From NCBI GenBank assembly GCA_964592195.1, contig CAZQEI010000002.1, positions 13,240 to 77,239 on the forward strand: a DNA stretch of 64,000 bases, read 5' to 3'. Below the pieces are notes generated by a model, which ran no database searches, was not told the origin of the DNA, and saw only the letters and a list, made by a program, of their open reading frames with translations. The stretch is from an uncultured Gammaproteobacteria bacterium. GTDB taxonomy: Bacteria; Patescibacteriota; Patescibacteriia; UBA11705. A program made the translations under genes and the position numbers. Numbering within the stretch: position 1 is the first letter of the stretch; the number at the start of each line of letters is the position of its first letter. This document shows, one piece after another, positions 10,273 to 20,594 of this stretch.

Positions 10273-11223
10273 CTATCTTGCCGACTTAACCATAAATTTT
10301 ACAATTTCCCTTACCACATTCTGCGACTTACCCGTTGTCGGAGTATGGTGAATCGACAAATCCGGCATGCCGTTAATTTCCAATATGAAAAAAGATTTGT
10401 TCGTCGGTTTCTTCGCAATATCTTTACAAATAACATCAATTCCAACTAAATCTTTACCTACTGCCTTAGCGGCCGCCACGCACAGTTTCTTGGCTTCGGC
10501 GTTAACAATAGAAGTAACGTCTCTAGTTTCTCCACCTTCAGCTAAACAAGAATTCTTTTTAATAAATACTACCTGATCTTTGGCTGGCACACTGCGTAAC
10601 TTCATGTGTTGGTCATTTAAAATTTCATCCAATTTTCTGTTGAATTCAGTGCGTTTATCCGTTTCTGTCTGTTTAGCCTTGATCAGTTTTTTAATCGAGG
10701 TAACACCATCCCCCACCACATACGGAGGAATCATTTCCAATGCGCCAATCACCCGACCGCCAAGCACTAACACACGAAATTCCTTACCAAACACCATGGT
10801 TTGCGCCACCATACTACGATAATAAGGCAATTTATCTTTGATAATTTTCAATGCTTCTTTAACATTACTAATAAACGGAAAAACGCCACGACTATTCGAG
10901 CCCTTGGCATCTTTTAATATAATGGGGAAATGCAAACTACTGAGCGCTTTTTCCGCTTCGTTCACCTCAAAATTCTTGCGATAAAATGCAACCGTCTTGG
11001 GTGTCGGAATTTTCTGGGCATGAAGAATTTGGAAAGTAATGTCTTTACATTGAGTTAATCGGGAACTAACAAAGGACTTGTTAACTAAAGAAATGTTTCG
11101 ATCTAACAATATCCGCTTTCCTTGAATATTAATGTAAAAACAATGACGCTCTGGCATAAACTCCTCGATAGTACCACCCATGTCGATCACTACCTGTTTG
11201 ATCATTTGCAAATTTTTATTCAT
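10273..11223 (-). CDS. ATP-grasp ligase (cyanophycin synthetase/GshAB C-terminal-like, stand-alone)
   Basis: EFRVLV...PPYVVGDG..SIKKLI, GGETRDVT, GIDVI, ILEINGMP. Confidence 0.8.
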   Translation of the reverse strand: MNKNLQMIKQVVIDMGGTIEEFMPERHCFYINIQGKRILLDRNISLVNKSFVSSRLTQCKDITFQILHAQKIPTPKTVAFYRKNFEVNEAEKALSSLHFPIILKDAKGSNSRGVFPFISNVKEALKIIKDKLPYYRSMVAQTMVFGKEFRVLVLGGRVIGALEMIPPYVVGDGVTSIKKLIKAKQTETDKRTEFNRKLDEILNDQHMKLRSVPAKDQVVFIKKNSCLAEGGETRDVTSIVNAEAKKLCVAAAKAVGKDLVGIDVICKDIAKKPTNKSFFILEINGMPDLSIHHTPTTGKSQNVVREIVKFMVKSAR

Positions 11224-11331
11224 AACGAAAATTTATTGATAAAGAAACCAACTAATTCCATAATAGCTTATTCTGGAATAAATGTCGATTAAAACAAAAA
11301 TAGTGAGGCCTTCACTATTCTTGCATATATT

Positions 11332-11955
11332 TTACGGACATTGTCGACAAGTACCAGACCAACTACTGTAAATCTTATTTGGAGTGGCTCCAGTCGGAAA
11401 ACAAGAATCAATTCTTAACTGCGTACCGGAATCATAGTAACTTCCCGTACATCGCCATGCAGTACCACAACCGGTTGGAACACATTTAGGAACAGGTTTG
11501 TAATTTATGGGAATATTGGGATTATCATTTATAATATGAATTGGCGCCGGTGATTGGTAAATAAAATAGGCGTAAAAAATACATCCCAATAAAATCAATA
11601 ACGCGATTAAGCTACTAATTTCATTCTTGTCTTTTGACGACATTCTACCTGCCACCGCGTTATCAGCCTGTTTCTTCACCGTATCATCAATTAACCCGCC
11701 AAAAGCAACATACAAGAAACCTCGCCAAATGGCATTTCCGCCTACATAGTAAACAATAATAGCCATTACCCCGTAAACAATGTAAAGCGTGTTCTTCTCC
11801 AAAAAAGCTGCAAAGTCTTTGGTGAATAGTGGCGACAAACTTTTGAAATTAAGCACAACTGCTACAATCGCCACTAACAATGGTAAAATCGAGAAAAAGA
11901 CTTTTGCAATGCGATAATAAATCTTCCCCTCCAACAAGGATTTTTTAATGGGCAT
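11332..11955 (-). CDS. Hypothetical membrane protein with Cys-rich C-terminus
   Basis: Three hydrophobic helices; six Cys in the last ~50 aa. Confidence 0.7.
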   Translation of the reverse strand: MPIKKSLLEGKIYYRIAKVFFSILPLLVAIVAVVLNFKSLSPLFTKDFAAFLEKNTLYIVYGVMAIIVYYVGGNAIWRGFLYVAFGGLIDDTVKKQADNAVAGRMSSKDKNEISSLIALLILLGCIFYAYFIYQSPAPIHIINDNPNIPINYKPVPKCVPTGCGTAWRCTGSYYDSGTQLRIDSCFPTGATPNKIYSSWSGTCRQCP

Positions 11956-12039
11956 AGTTTTTTAACTATGAATAAAAACTAAGACAATAATATTATACCA
12001 CTTTAAAAGTCAAAGTGAAAATAATATCTGCCCCACATA

Positions 12040-12150
12040 ATCTTATCTGACACTTTCTTCTAGTCCGCCTTAGGCGGAAGTGTCAAGCCCATATCTGTTA
12101 TCCGCCTTTCGACTTCCGCCAAAGGCGGATTATGAAAAAGTCGAAGATAA
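12040..12150. repeat. Cluster of hairpins with two TCCGCCnnnGGCGGA units
   Basis: Units at 12064-12078 and 12115-12129 lie inside TGACACTT..AAGTGTCA and TTCGACTT..AAGTCGAA stems. Confidence 0.75.
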
Positions 12151-12195
12151 AATATATAAAAAAATACACGCTTAACGTGTACTTTTATTTAATGT

Positions 12196-14016
12196 TTATT
12201 TACTATCAATTAAAATTCTTTCCATTTCATCCATTATTTGATTCATCTTTTTAAATGCCGGTTGAAAAGCTTCAGTTGTCGTCATATCAACGCCCAAGCG
12301 TTTTAAAATCGGAATAGCATAATCAGAACAGCCAGCACTTAAAAACTCAGTCACGAACTTTTGTCGCATGTCATTTTCATTCTTAATAATCTGCTCAGCA
12401 ATCGCGGTAGTGGCACACAACGAAGTGGCATATTGAAACACATAGAAGTTATAATAGAAATGTGGAATATACGCCCATTCAATACCATATAAATCATCAA
12501 CCACCATAACACCTTTGTCGTGACCGTAATAAGTTTTTAAAATGTCTAAATATATTTTTGATAATTCTTCACCAGTCAATGACTTACCTGATTCAGCCAA
12601 CTCGTGAATTTTTAATTCGAACTCGGCAAACTGCGTCTGTCGGAACAAAGTCCCCCGATACATTTCCAATTGATTGCCCAAAATCGCCAAGCGTTGTTGT
12701 TTGTCAGTTATAGATTTTAAAGTTTCATCGACTAACAGAGCTTCGTTCGTGGTTGAAGCCACTTCAGCTAGAAATATTGGGTAATGAGAATTGAAAAAAG
12801 TTTGGGTTTTATTGGAATAATAACTGTGCATGGTATGACCAAGTTCATGCGCCAAAGTACTGACATCATCATACTTGCCCATGTAGTTCATTAAAATATA
12901 CGGGTGAACATCATAGGACGAACCTGACGAATAAGCGCCAGAGGTTTTGCCTTGGCTGGAATACATATCAATCCAGCGATTATTAAACGCTTCATTCACC
13001 ACAGAAACGTAATCATCGCCCAATGGTTGTAAAGATTTTTTAACTAGCGCTTCCGCCTCTTCCACTGAATAAGTTAAATTCACTTCTTTCACAATCGGCG
13101 GATAGACATCATAGTAATGTAACTCGATCAAGCCTAACATTTGTTTTTTCAATTTCAAATAGCGTTCCAAGGTCGGTAAGTTTTCATGCACGCTGGCGAT
13201 TAAATTTTTGTAAACTGCGGTGGGGATATTATTCCCGTCCAAGGCTTTTTCCAAGCAGGAAGAATAATGACGAACATTTTTATAAAACAAATGCGTCTTC
13301 ACTTGATTATACAATTGCACGCCAAAAGACCGTTCATATTGTTTGTAAGTCCCAAAAAATTCTTCCGCCACTTTTTTCCGCACTTCACGATCAGGATTCG
13401 CCCGATACAAAGTGTACGCCGCGTCGTCCAGGCGAACTTCTTGACCATCAGCTAATGTTAAACTGGCGCGAGGCATATCTGCATCTTTAAACACACTGTA
13501 AATCTCCGCCGGCGTGTCACTCATCATCCCAGCTTGAGAAATTATTTCTTCTTCATTTTCATTGCGAGTATGAGATTTAAGGCGGTGAATATTATCTAGG
13601 TAATGAGAATAAACTTTTAGCTCAGATTTTTCTGTTAAAAACGTTTGAACCAATTCTTCATCCAAAGCTAAAATTTCCGGATCAATAAATGATTCCAGCG
13701 CGCTGATTTTTGTTCCCAGTTGGTCAATCTCCTGCTTCATTGATAATGGTAATGATTCACGAACATCTAAGTCTAACAACTGATTAGCGTAGGCGTTCAA
13801 CCGGAAAAATTCTCGCCCAATATCAGAGGCAAATTCTAGACATTCAAACAAAATATCAGCTGACTCTCCCAAGTGGCCTTTAAATGATTCGAATTTATCA
13901 ACTTTAACTTTCAGCTCCGCCTTCTTCGCCTGCCAAGCTTCGTTGTTTTCAAATAAATCTTGCAAATTCCATTTGTATTTGTCGGCTATTTGAGCGCGGG
14001 TTAGTTTATTAACCAT
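12196..14016 (-). CDS. pepF: Oligoendopeptidase F (M3B)
   Basis: KYKWNLQDLF, HPYILMNY, TLAHELGHTMHS, AEVAST, WAYIPHFY. Confidence 0.95.
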   Translation of the reverse strand: MVNKLTRAQIADKYKWNLQDLFENNEAWQAKKAELKVKVDKFESFKGHLGESADILFECLEFASDIGREFFRLNAYANQLLDLDVRESLPLSMKQEIDQLGTKISALESFIDPEILALDEELVQTFLTEKSELKVYSHYLDNIHRLKSHTRNENEEEIISQAGMMSDTPAEIYSVFKDADMPRASLTLADGQEVRLDDAAYTLYRANPDREVRKKVAEEFFGTYKQYERSFGVQLYNQVKTHLFYKNVRHYSSCLEKALDGNNIPTAVYKNLIASVHENLPTLERYLKLKKQMLGLIELHYYDVYPPIVKEVNLTYSVEEAEALVKKSLQPLGDDYVSVVNEAFNNRWIDMYSSQGKTSGAYSSGSSYDVHPYILMNYMGKYDDVSTLAHELGHTMHSYYSNKTQTFFNSHYPIFLAEVASTTNEALLVDETLKSITDKQQRLAILGNQLEMYRGTLFRQTQFAEFELKIHELAESGKSLTGEELSKIYLDILKTYYGHDKGVMVVDDLYGIEWAYIPHFYYNFYVFQYATSLCATTAIAEQIIKNENDMRQKFVTEFLSAGCSDYAIPILKRLGVDMTTTEAFQPAFKKMNQIMDEMERILIDSK

Positions 14017-14074
14017 ACATGTTTATTGTAAATTAGCTCTTTATATTAACATCATTTTTCCATAACCAAATTAA

Positions 14075-15223
14075 CTACTTCACTCCTTCAACAATACCAT
14101 CCTTCAAACTATCTATATTAAAATACGTATATTCGCTTGCTCCAGAATACCATTTATAGTTCACTCGAGTAAACCGAAGTGTCTTTAAAGTTTCTTCAAT
14201 ATTCGAATGGAATTGTGATATATTTTTATTACTTGCAAAAGCCGCTAAAACAAAGGTAATGGTTTTGTTTCCACTTCCCGATACATTAACCTCACCATTA
14301 TCAATCCATAATTTTTCTCCACTTATTTTTCCGTAATTAGAACGCAAAACAGGGAACGCTGTGGATTGTATTTGAATAATTCTATTTTTTAGTTGCTTAC
14401 CTAACTTAATGATAACTTGATTTGAACTTGTTGAAGCTCTATTTATTCTATCGTTAAATATTCTAAACCCTATTGCTTCCGCTAATATGGAATCAATGCT
14501 ATCTCGTAATTTCGTTCCATCAAAACTTTTCAGACTTTCTATATCCTTATTGAGTTGATTAATAAACTCAACATCTTCTTGCTTCTGTTTTTCGTCTTGA
14601 ATTTTTTTCTTTTCTGATTCTGCCAACTTCAGTTCTTCTTCTGACATTTTACGATTCACTACCCAACTTATATCCGTTTTTTTGTCTCCAGTATTTGCAG
14701 ATAAATCAAGCGTATTTTTTTCATCCAATAAGACCCAGTCGTAAGAAAACGCCCCCTTGTCACTTAGCTCAACCAAATTACCTTGAATATTTAAAGTTGA
14801 CTTCTTTGGGCTAACGACACCCCTTAATGTAACTTTTGATTGATTCAATAAGCTATTATAAAGTGGTTCTATAACTGTAATTTTTGGGGAAGAATTTAAA
14901 TAGGAATTCAATAAAAACAAAACAAAAAACGACAAAATAGCGACTGCTGTCCAATTGTTTTTATTTTTTTCACTCCACTTTGATTTTTGCCAAATGTACC
15001 ATAAAAATATAAACGGTATGGCCATATACCACGCTCTGGCTGCAATTGCAACCACAATAACGATACCTAATCCTATAAGAACTAAAACTTTATTATTTTG
15101 ATCATTTTGTTTTATTACTGACGTATCATTGTTTAACTTACTACTTTGAATATTAGTTCCACAATGTTTACACTTAATCGCCTGTTCTTGTATTTCTTCT
15201 GCACAAAATTCGCATTTTTTCAT
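14075..15223 (-). CDS. Zinc-ribbon membrane protein
   Basis: N-terminal CEFCAEEIQEQAIKCKHCG, TM helices, Ig-like segment, charged helix. Confidence 0.75.
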   Translation of the reverse strand: MKKCEFCAEEIQEQAIKCKHCGTNIQSSKLNNDTSVIKQNDQNNKVLVLIGLGIVIVVAIAARAWYMAIPFIFLWYIWQKSKWSEKNKNNWTAVAILSFFVLFLLNSYLNSSPKITVIEPLYNSLLNQSKVTLRGVVSPKKSTLNIQGNLVELSDKGAFSYDWVLLDEKNTLDLSANTGDKKTDISWVVNRKMSEEELKLAESEKKKIQDEKQKQEDVEFINQLNKDIESLKSFDGTKLRDSIDSILAEAIGFRIFNDRINRASTSSNQVIIKLGKQLKNRIIQIQSTAFPVLRSNYGKISGEKLWIDNGEVNVSGSGNKTITFVLAAFASNKNISQFHSNIEETLKTLRFTRVNYKWYSGASEYTYFNIDSLKDGIVEGVK

Positions 15224-15249
15224 ATCATAAATATAAATTATTTATACCT

Positions 15250-15645
15250 CTATTTAAACAACCATTCCCAAAATCTAGCAAACAAAGACTTAGACGGCTT
15301 TGGTGGATTATTTTTCATCGCATCATTAATAACTAAATCCGTTTTAACAGTATCAACAGCAGGAGTATTTTTTGGTTCCACTACTTGAATCTTCGGTTGT
15401 TTGTATTCCGGGGCTGGAGTAGTATATCCTCCATTTTCGGAATAATGGCTCTTAATTGGTTCAACTGGTTGTGGCAAGGCTTTAGCTTGATGACAATGAT
15501 ACTCCCCTGTACTTAAACCCCATTTTGAACAATTGGTACGACATGTATGGCATCCAGATGAATCTGTCCGTCCTGGATGGGCTTGGCTTAAACTGGGGAT
15601 GAATAAAACTGTGATTAACACAACAAACATTAAGATTTTTTTCAT
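15250..15645 (-). CDS. Secreted YHYH-motif family protein
   Basis: Start moved to MKKILMF signal peptide; AHPGRTDSSGCHTC...YHCH motif. Confidence 0.8.
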   Translation of the reverse strand: MKKILMFVVLITVLFIPSLSQAHPGRTDSSGCHTCRTNCSKWGLSTGEYHCHQAKALPQPVEPIKSHYSENGGYTTPAPEYKQPKIQVVEPKNTPAVDTVKTDLVINDAMKNNPPKPSKSLFARFWEWLFK

Positions 15646-15769
15646 ATATTTCAAATTAAAAACAAACGGTTTCAACCTCGTTTGTTTCAAATATGAATCA
15701 AGCACCCAAACGGGTTGCTTTAGATAATTTTCATGGCGTGCCATATACCTGAACGCAGTGAATGGTATG

Positions 15770-15843
15770 TGGCTCGGGGACCTGGATTCGAACCAAGATA
15801 GACAGCTTCAAAGGCTGTTGTCCTACCATTAGACGATCCCCGA
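15770..15843 (-). tRNA. tRNA-Gln(TTG)
   Basis: TCGGGGATCGTCTAATGGTAGGAC-AACAGC-CT TTG AA-GCTGT...GGTTCGAATCC...CCCCGAGCCA; cloverleaf with encoded CCA. Confidence 0.96.
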
Positions 15844-15877
15844 ATAATAATTGTAAATTGGGATCGTCGACTTACGT

Positions 15878-15930
15878 CCATTAGCTTGCCCCGCAAAGCT
15901 TCTAGCGATGCGGGGACGATCCCCGAATAA
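15878..15930 (-). pseudogene. Duplicated tRNA-Gln 5' fragment interrupted by a 31-bp hairpin
   Basis: TTATTCGGGGATCGT[31 bp]CTAATGG versus TTATTCGGGGATCGTCTAATGG at the real tRNA. Confidence 0.7.
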
Positions 15931-16030
15931 TGTAATTCCATACTACCTCAACTGTTAACAAAAGTCAATATTTCATTGTCACCCCTTTCCAAACCTGCTA
16001 TACTATAGATAACAATAACTATTGATAAAT

Positions 16031-16432
16031 ATGCCATTTGATCATCCACTTTATAGTCTAGGAGAAACTGAAAAAAACCTGCAAATTGAAAGACTTAGAG
16101 ACACTATATATGACGTCTTAATCGAAGATGCCAAAGCACACAAAGAACTGCCGTTAACCCGAGATAGAATAGAAGAATTTCTTTCAACTCCGATTCCGGA
16201 TTTACTGAAAAATGTAGTTCAACGCGCGCAAGCTGAGGTGGAAACTGAGACAAATGTAAAGAAACAATCTGAATCAGCCGGGAAAAAACTTATGTACGCC
16301 AGCGCCTTCACAGTTGGTAAACGATTAGGACTAACTCCGAAGTCTTTAACTGAAGCTGATTACAATAAACGTAGTGATGAATATAAAGACAGGTTATTAA
16401 AAAAAATCTTTAATCATAATCTTAATAAATAA
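16031..16432 (+). CDS. Hypothetical protein
   Basis: 133-aa ORF downstream of a TGCTATACT -10-like box. Confidence 0.7.
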   Translation: MPFDHPLYSLGETEKNLQIERLRDTIYDVLIEDAKAHKELPLTRDRIEEFLSTPIPDLLKNVVQRAQAEVETETNVKKQSESAGKKLMYASAFTVGKRLGLTPKSLTEADYNKRSDEYKDRLLKKIFNHNLNK

Positions 16433-16440
16433 CAAAATTT

Positions 16441-16947
16441 ATGGAAGAGACACAAAATCCTCAGCTCGAGAATCTCGCCACCCCACCATCGCCAACGGAA
16501 TTACCCGTAGCGCCAGTGGCAGCCGAGATCAAAGCCCCGCATTATGCTGGTGGCTGGATCCGTTTTTTGGCTATCATCATTGATGGCATTCTCATTTCAA
16601 TTGTTGCCGCGATCATTCATGCTATTTTCCCTGCCACTGCTCCAACCACTGATTTAACGACTGGTGTAACATCAATGGACAGTGTTTCTAGCTATCTCGG
16701 TTTATTGTATGTCGTTATTATGTTGGGTCTCAAGCAACAAACTCTTGGTATGATGGCCTTGAAGCTCAAACTCGTTTCCTTAAAACCAGGCAAACCAAAC
16801 TGGTGGTTAACTGCCATTTTGCGCCAAGTATTGGGCGGCTTTGTCTGCGTTGTTACTTTGGGCATTGGTTATTTAATCATCTTCTGGACCCCAAAAAAGC
16901 AAGGTTTGCATGATTATATTGCCGGGACTACCATTGTTCGCGAATAA
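16441..16947 (+). CDS. RDD family membrane protein
   Basis: YAGGWIRFLAIIID, QTLGMM, KQGLHDYIAGT. Confidence 0.9.
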   Translation: MEETQNPQLENLATPPSPTELPVAPVAAEIKAPHYAGGWIRFLAIIIDGILISIVAAIIHAIFPATAPTTDLTTGVTSMDSVSSYLGLLYVVIMLGLKQQTLGMMALKLKLVSLKPGKPNWWLTAILRQVLGGFVCVVTLGIGYLIIFWTPKKQGLHDYIAGTTIVRE

Positions 16948-16961
16948 TACTGAATATACAT

Positions 16962-16987
16962 AAAAACAGACCGAAAGGTCTGTTTTT
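16962..16987. terminator. Intrinsic terminator (bidirectional-type)
   Basis: AAAAACAGACC GAAA GGTCTGTTTTT. Confidence 0.8.
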
Positions 16988-17111
16988 GATTCATAAAATA
17001 CAAAAAATCATGATCTAAATACAAACAGGCTAAACTGATTGACAAAAGCTGTAATATGTAGTAATATATGATATTAGCCCTTTGACAAAAACACCACAAC
17101 AGGAGAACAAT

Positions 17112-18320
17112 ATGCTTGAATACATGCAATCTGCCATGGCAGATCATTCGCCTCTGGCTATTCTATTTGCCTTTATTGGCGGCCTTTTGAGCGTAGCTAC
17201 TCCTTGCGTATTGCCCATGATTCCGATCACTTTATCAACATTGGGTGTCTCTTCTGCGCGTTCACGTAGTCAAGCTATCCTTTCCAGCTCCCTTTATGTC
17301 TTGGGAATCATGATAACCTTTACCTCACTTGGATTACTAAGTGGATTGTCTGGTGGAGTGTTTGGCGCCTGGCTAGCAAATACGTATGTGACGTTGGGAC
17401 TCGCCCTGCTTTTCATTGTCTTGGCCTTAAGCTCATTTGAACTTTACGAAATTGACTTACCTCAATCATTTACCGAGAAACTGGGAAGAATTAATCAAGG
17501 GAAAAGACATTACACCAAAGCCCTACTCATGGGTCTGGTGGCCGGTTTTATCGCTATGCCATGCTTAGGTCCAATTTTGGCTGGTATTCTTCTGGTCATC
17601 GGATTGACAGGAAATGGTGGTTTTGGAGCGTTGCTACTCGCCACCTATTCTTTAGGCTTTGGGATCCCCTTCTTTCTCTTTGGTGTTCTCTCAGTGAACT
17701 TACCGCGACGTGGCCCATGGATGCGAAACATCAAAAGTTTCTTTGGGTTGGCGCTCTTGTTGGTCGCCTTTTGGTTGTTGCGCAATATTATCCCCAGCTG
17801 GAGAGAATATTCAGTCAACCCCATACTGTCCGTTACCATTCTAATCAGTGGCATACTCATTGGCGCATTACATCGACATTTTGACGCCTCCCTCAAAGAC
17901 AAAATATTGAAGAGCGTTGGGATTCTTTTGTTCACTGTTGGTGCCAGTTTGATGATCAATTATGTATTGACCTCGGACAAGTCGAGTTGGTGTCAAGGCA
18001 ATGCCAATGCCTGCCTGGAGACTGAATGCAAGAATCATAAATTCACTATCGTAGATTTTTCCGCCAGTTGGTGTCTATCTTGTCATGAACTGGAAAATGA
18101 AACATTGGAGCATCCCTTGGTAACCAAAGCCCTGGAACAGTGGGGAAAAGTCTCAATCGACTATGATCAAAACCAAGAAATCGTTACACGCTTTCAAGTC
18201 AAAGGCTTGCCCACCTTGATCTTCCTTGATCAAAACTGCCAGCCCATTGGAACAGGGCATGAGGGAATGATAAAGCCTGATAAACTAATCGAAATGCTCC
18301 AAACATTTGAACAAGGATGA
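17112..18320 (+). CDS. DsbD/CcdA-type thiol:disulfide interchange protein with C-terminal thioredoxin domain
   Basis: TPCVLPMIP, PCLGP, DFSASWCLSC; AGGAG RBS before ATG 17112; no N-terminal Ig domain. Confidence 0.88.
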   Translation: MLEYMQSAMADHSPLAILFAFIGGLLSVATPCVLPMIPITLSTLGVSSARSRSQAILSSSLYVLGIMITFTSLGLLSGLSGGVFGAWLANTYVTLGLALLFIVLALSSFELYEIDLPQSFTEKLGRINQGKRHYTKALLMGLVAGFIAMPCLGPILAGILLVIGLTGNGGFGALLLATYSLGFGIPFFLFGVLSVNLPRRGPWMRNIKSFFGLALLLVAFWLLRNIIPSWREYSVNPILSVTILISGILIGALHRHFDASLKDKILKSVGILLFTVGASLMINYVLTSDKSSWCQGNANACLETECKNHKFTIVDFSASWCLSCHELENETLEHPLVTKALEQWGKVSIDYDQNQEIVTRFQVKGLPTLIFLDQNCQPIGTGHEGMIKPDKLIEMLQTFEQG

Positions 18321-18364
18321 GATTTGGCGACTAGGCAGATGTAGTGTATAATTGATTAGTAAAT

Positions 18365-18688
18365 ATGCTATACTTAATCAACCTCCCGGCCCTGGCCGTA
18401 GAAAAACTAAAAATTCTTGCCTCAGAATCTGGATTTGAAACAGAATTATTAACCGACAGTGAATCGCTACCAGATGAGATCACCAGTTCTGATCGTGTGG
18501 CAACAGTACTTGAAGATATGGAAACATTACTTCAGATTTTAAAAAAGAAGAGCCACCCCAATGGATTAGAAGTCCTTATCCTCCTGAACCATGAAATCAC
18601 TAACCAATTCGGATATGAAGCGGTAGACAACCTTCGCGTTTCTTATTTGTCACTCAATGAATTACTAAACCTCTCTGTTATTAATTAA
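18365..18688 (+). CDS. Hypothetical protein
   Basis: 107-aa ORF after a TATAAT box. Confidence 0.6.
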   Translation: MLYLINLPALAVEKLKILASESGFETELLTDSESLPDEITSSDRVATVLEDMETLLQILKKKSHPNGLEVLILLNHEITNQFGYEAVDNLRVSYLSLNELLNLSVIN

Positions 18689-18709
18689 CAGAGTTTTTTT
18701 ATAAATATT

Positions 18710-19597
18710 ATGGCCCTACCACTTGAAAAAATAACATTTGAAGGTCAAACACCTGAAGTTAAAACTAACGAACCGGAAAAATCTAAAACCTCCAGACCCA
18801 AAAATCTAGAACTACTGCCTGACTTTGAACGTTTTGAAGATAATGCGGAAGCGAGAGTACAAGATTACTTTGATATTCTGCTACCAAAACTGACACCAGC
18901 TGACCAGAAAAAACTTACTGAGCTAATTTCCTCGGGCGACTCCCTTAGTCTGCCAGAAATAAACAAAGTAATCACTGACCCAAAGCAATGTCGAGAAGTA
19001 ACAAAAGCCTTGGCCATTCTGACAGAAAAAAAGATCAAGGCTGGCTCAGGACTGGAAAAATTAAAATTGTTTTTTACCCCAGGAATAAGTCAAAACGGTT
19101 TTAGTTTATGTCGGGCGCTAAAATGGCTCAAACAAAATAGCCCCAGTGAGACCACTTCCATTGTTTATCCTGGCTCAGCTTCTGATTCTTCTGGTTGGCT
19201 GAAATATATTGGTGCCTCGGGCACTGATAAAGTTTACTGTGTTAGTCTTGGTGGGCCAGCAGGCGAAAAAGCTCCGGAAAAAGTACTACAGCAAGGAGTC
19301 AAAGCTGAGCACATTATGAAATCATACAGTGCAGCGATTGATGATGGTGACTTACCAAACCAAGGTGCTGATGCCATGATCCTGGATCTAACTGGGGTCG
19401 GCATCGTTATGGCAAATAACAATATGAAGAAAGAAAATAGTAGTTTTCAAAATGGGGTTGAACCTGTTTTGCGCGAAGGAGGAATATTGATCGTTGCCAA
19501 TAATCACGCAGTCGAGGGTTTACTAAATGATAAATACAGAAAAATTTTCGGGAATGCAAAATCTCCTTTTGCTATGTGGCAAAAACATACAAAATAA
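18710..19597 (+). CDS. Hypothetical protein, possibly divergent SAM-dependent methyltransferase fold
   Basis: IVYPGSASD and VLREGGILIV resemble class I MTase motifs; weak. Confidence 0.55.
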   Translation: MALPLEKITFEGQTPEVKTNEPEKSKTSRPKNLELLPDFERFEDNAEARVQDYFDILLPKLTPADQKKLTELISSGDSLSLPEINKVITDPKQCREVTKALAILTEKKIKAGSGLEKLKLFFTPGISQNGFSLCRALKWLKQNSPSETTSIVYPGSASDSSGWLKYIGASGTDKVYCVSLGGPAGEKAPEKVLQQGVKAEHIMKSYSAAIDDGDLPNQGADAMILDLTGVGIVMANNNMKKENSSFQNGVEPVLREGGILIVANNHAVEGLLNDKYRKIFGNAKSPFAMWQKHTK

Positions 19598-19610
19598 TCC
19601 ATATCACACA

Positions 19611-19637
19611 AAAAACAGGCCAAAAGGTCTGTTTTTT
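19611..19637. terminator. Intrinsic terminator, near copy of 16962-16987
   Basis: AAAAACAGGCC AAAA GGTCTGTTTTTT. Confidence 0.8.
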
Positions 19638-19729
19638 ATACGATTGACTTTTGACGCAAAATAATCTAAACTAAACTATTCTTAGAACCTTAACAACCAC
19701 ACCGGCAATCGCCACCGGAAGGAGAAACC

Positions 19730-20146
19730 ATGGGACTCAGATTAGCGGGAGAATTAAGTCAAAGAAGTGATGACTATGACGAACATAAAGACGAAGAAGC
19801 AAGGATTAAGTTTGACCAACTTTCAGATGAAGAAAGAAACCAGATTAAACGTCAATTTGATCAATATCATCAAAACGACCAAACCCGAGTCACGGAAATG
19901 GTGGCCAATCTTTATAATCTACTGAAATCCACTGGCGAAGGCAGATGCTATGAAGTCATGAAGTTAACTAAGTTTGATTTTGCTCTGGGTACAGCGGTCA
20001 TTTCATTAGACCATCTTGTTGGTGCAGCAAGAGCTATGGCTAAATATTGCGAAGATGAGACCTTTGACGTATATATTGATCGTGATGAGGTTAACTATTC
20101 TGGAGAAGAACCACACACCAATTATGCTCTTTATGTTTCTTGGTAA
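19730..20146 (+). CDS. Hypothetical protein (paralog of the next gene)
   Basis: GAAGGAG RBS; ends YCEDETFDVYI...ALYVSW. Confidence 0.75.
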   Translation: MGLRLAGELSQRSDDYDEHKDEEARIKFDQLSDEERNQIKRQFDQYHQNDQTRVTEMVANLYNLLKSTGEGRCYEVMKLTKFDFALGTAVISLDHLVGAARAMAKYCEDETFDVYIDRDEVNYSGEEPHTNYALYVSW

Positions 20147-20184
20147 ACACACCGACACCAGCAAAAACTGGGAGGAGGAACATC

Positions 20185-20574
20185 ATGGGACTCGCTGACT
20201 TGTTTAGACAGCAGAGCAATTCATTGGCGCAGCAAGAAAGAGAAGAAAAGATACGACAAGCTGATGCTCAAGCTACGGCCAAAAAAATCGATCATGAGAG
20301 TCACAATAAAAATGCCCATGTAAAACCTGAAATTATTTCAAACTTACCAGGTCTCATTGACCAACGTACCAAACAAAGAAATGCCGAATTATTGACTATC
20401 TCTTGGTATGATGTTGAGATAAATAAACCGGTAAAAATAAAAAACTTGGCAGGAGTCGCCAAAATCGTAGCTGATTATTGTAAAAAAGAAGGATTCGATG
20501 TCTTTATTCATACCAGTGAATTTGATGACGAGGGCTATCACTATCGTGATGACTATCTGTATATTTCCTGGTAA
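20185..20574 (+). CDS. Hypothetical protein (paralog of the previous gene)
   Basis: GGAGGAGG RBS before ATG 20185; ends YCKKEGFDVFI...YLYISW. Confidence 0.75.
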   Translation: MGLADLFRQQSNSLAQQEREEKIRQADAQATAKKIDHESHNKNAHVKPEIISNLPGLIDQRTKQRNAELLTISWYDVEINKPVKIKNLAGVAKIVADYCKKEGFDVFIHTSEFDDEGYHYRDDYLYISW

Positions 20575-20594
20575 CTACAAAACAGGAGATCACC

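Noticed and set aside
14075-15770. tRNA-integrated genomic island
   Set aside because: No integrase, and no 3' tRNA duplication was seen in the window.
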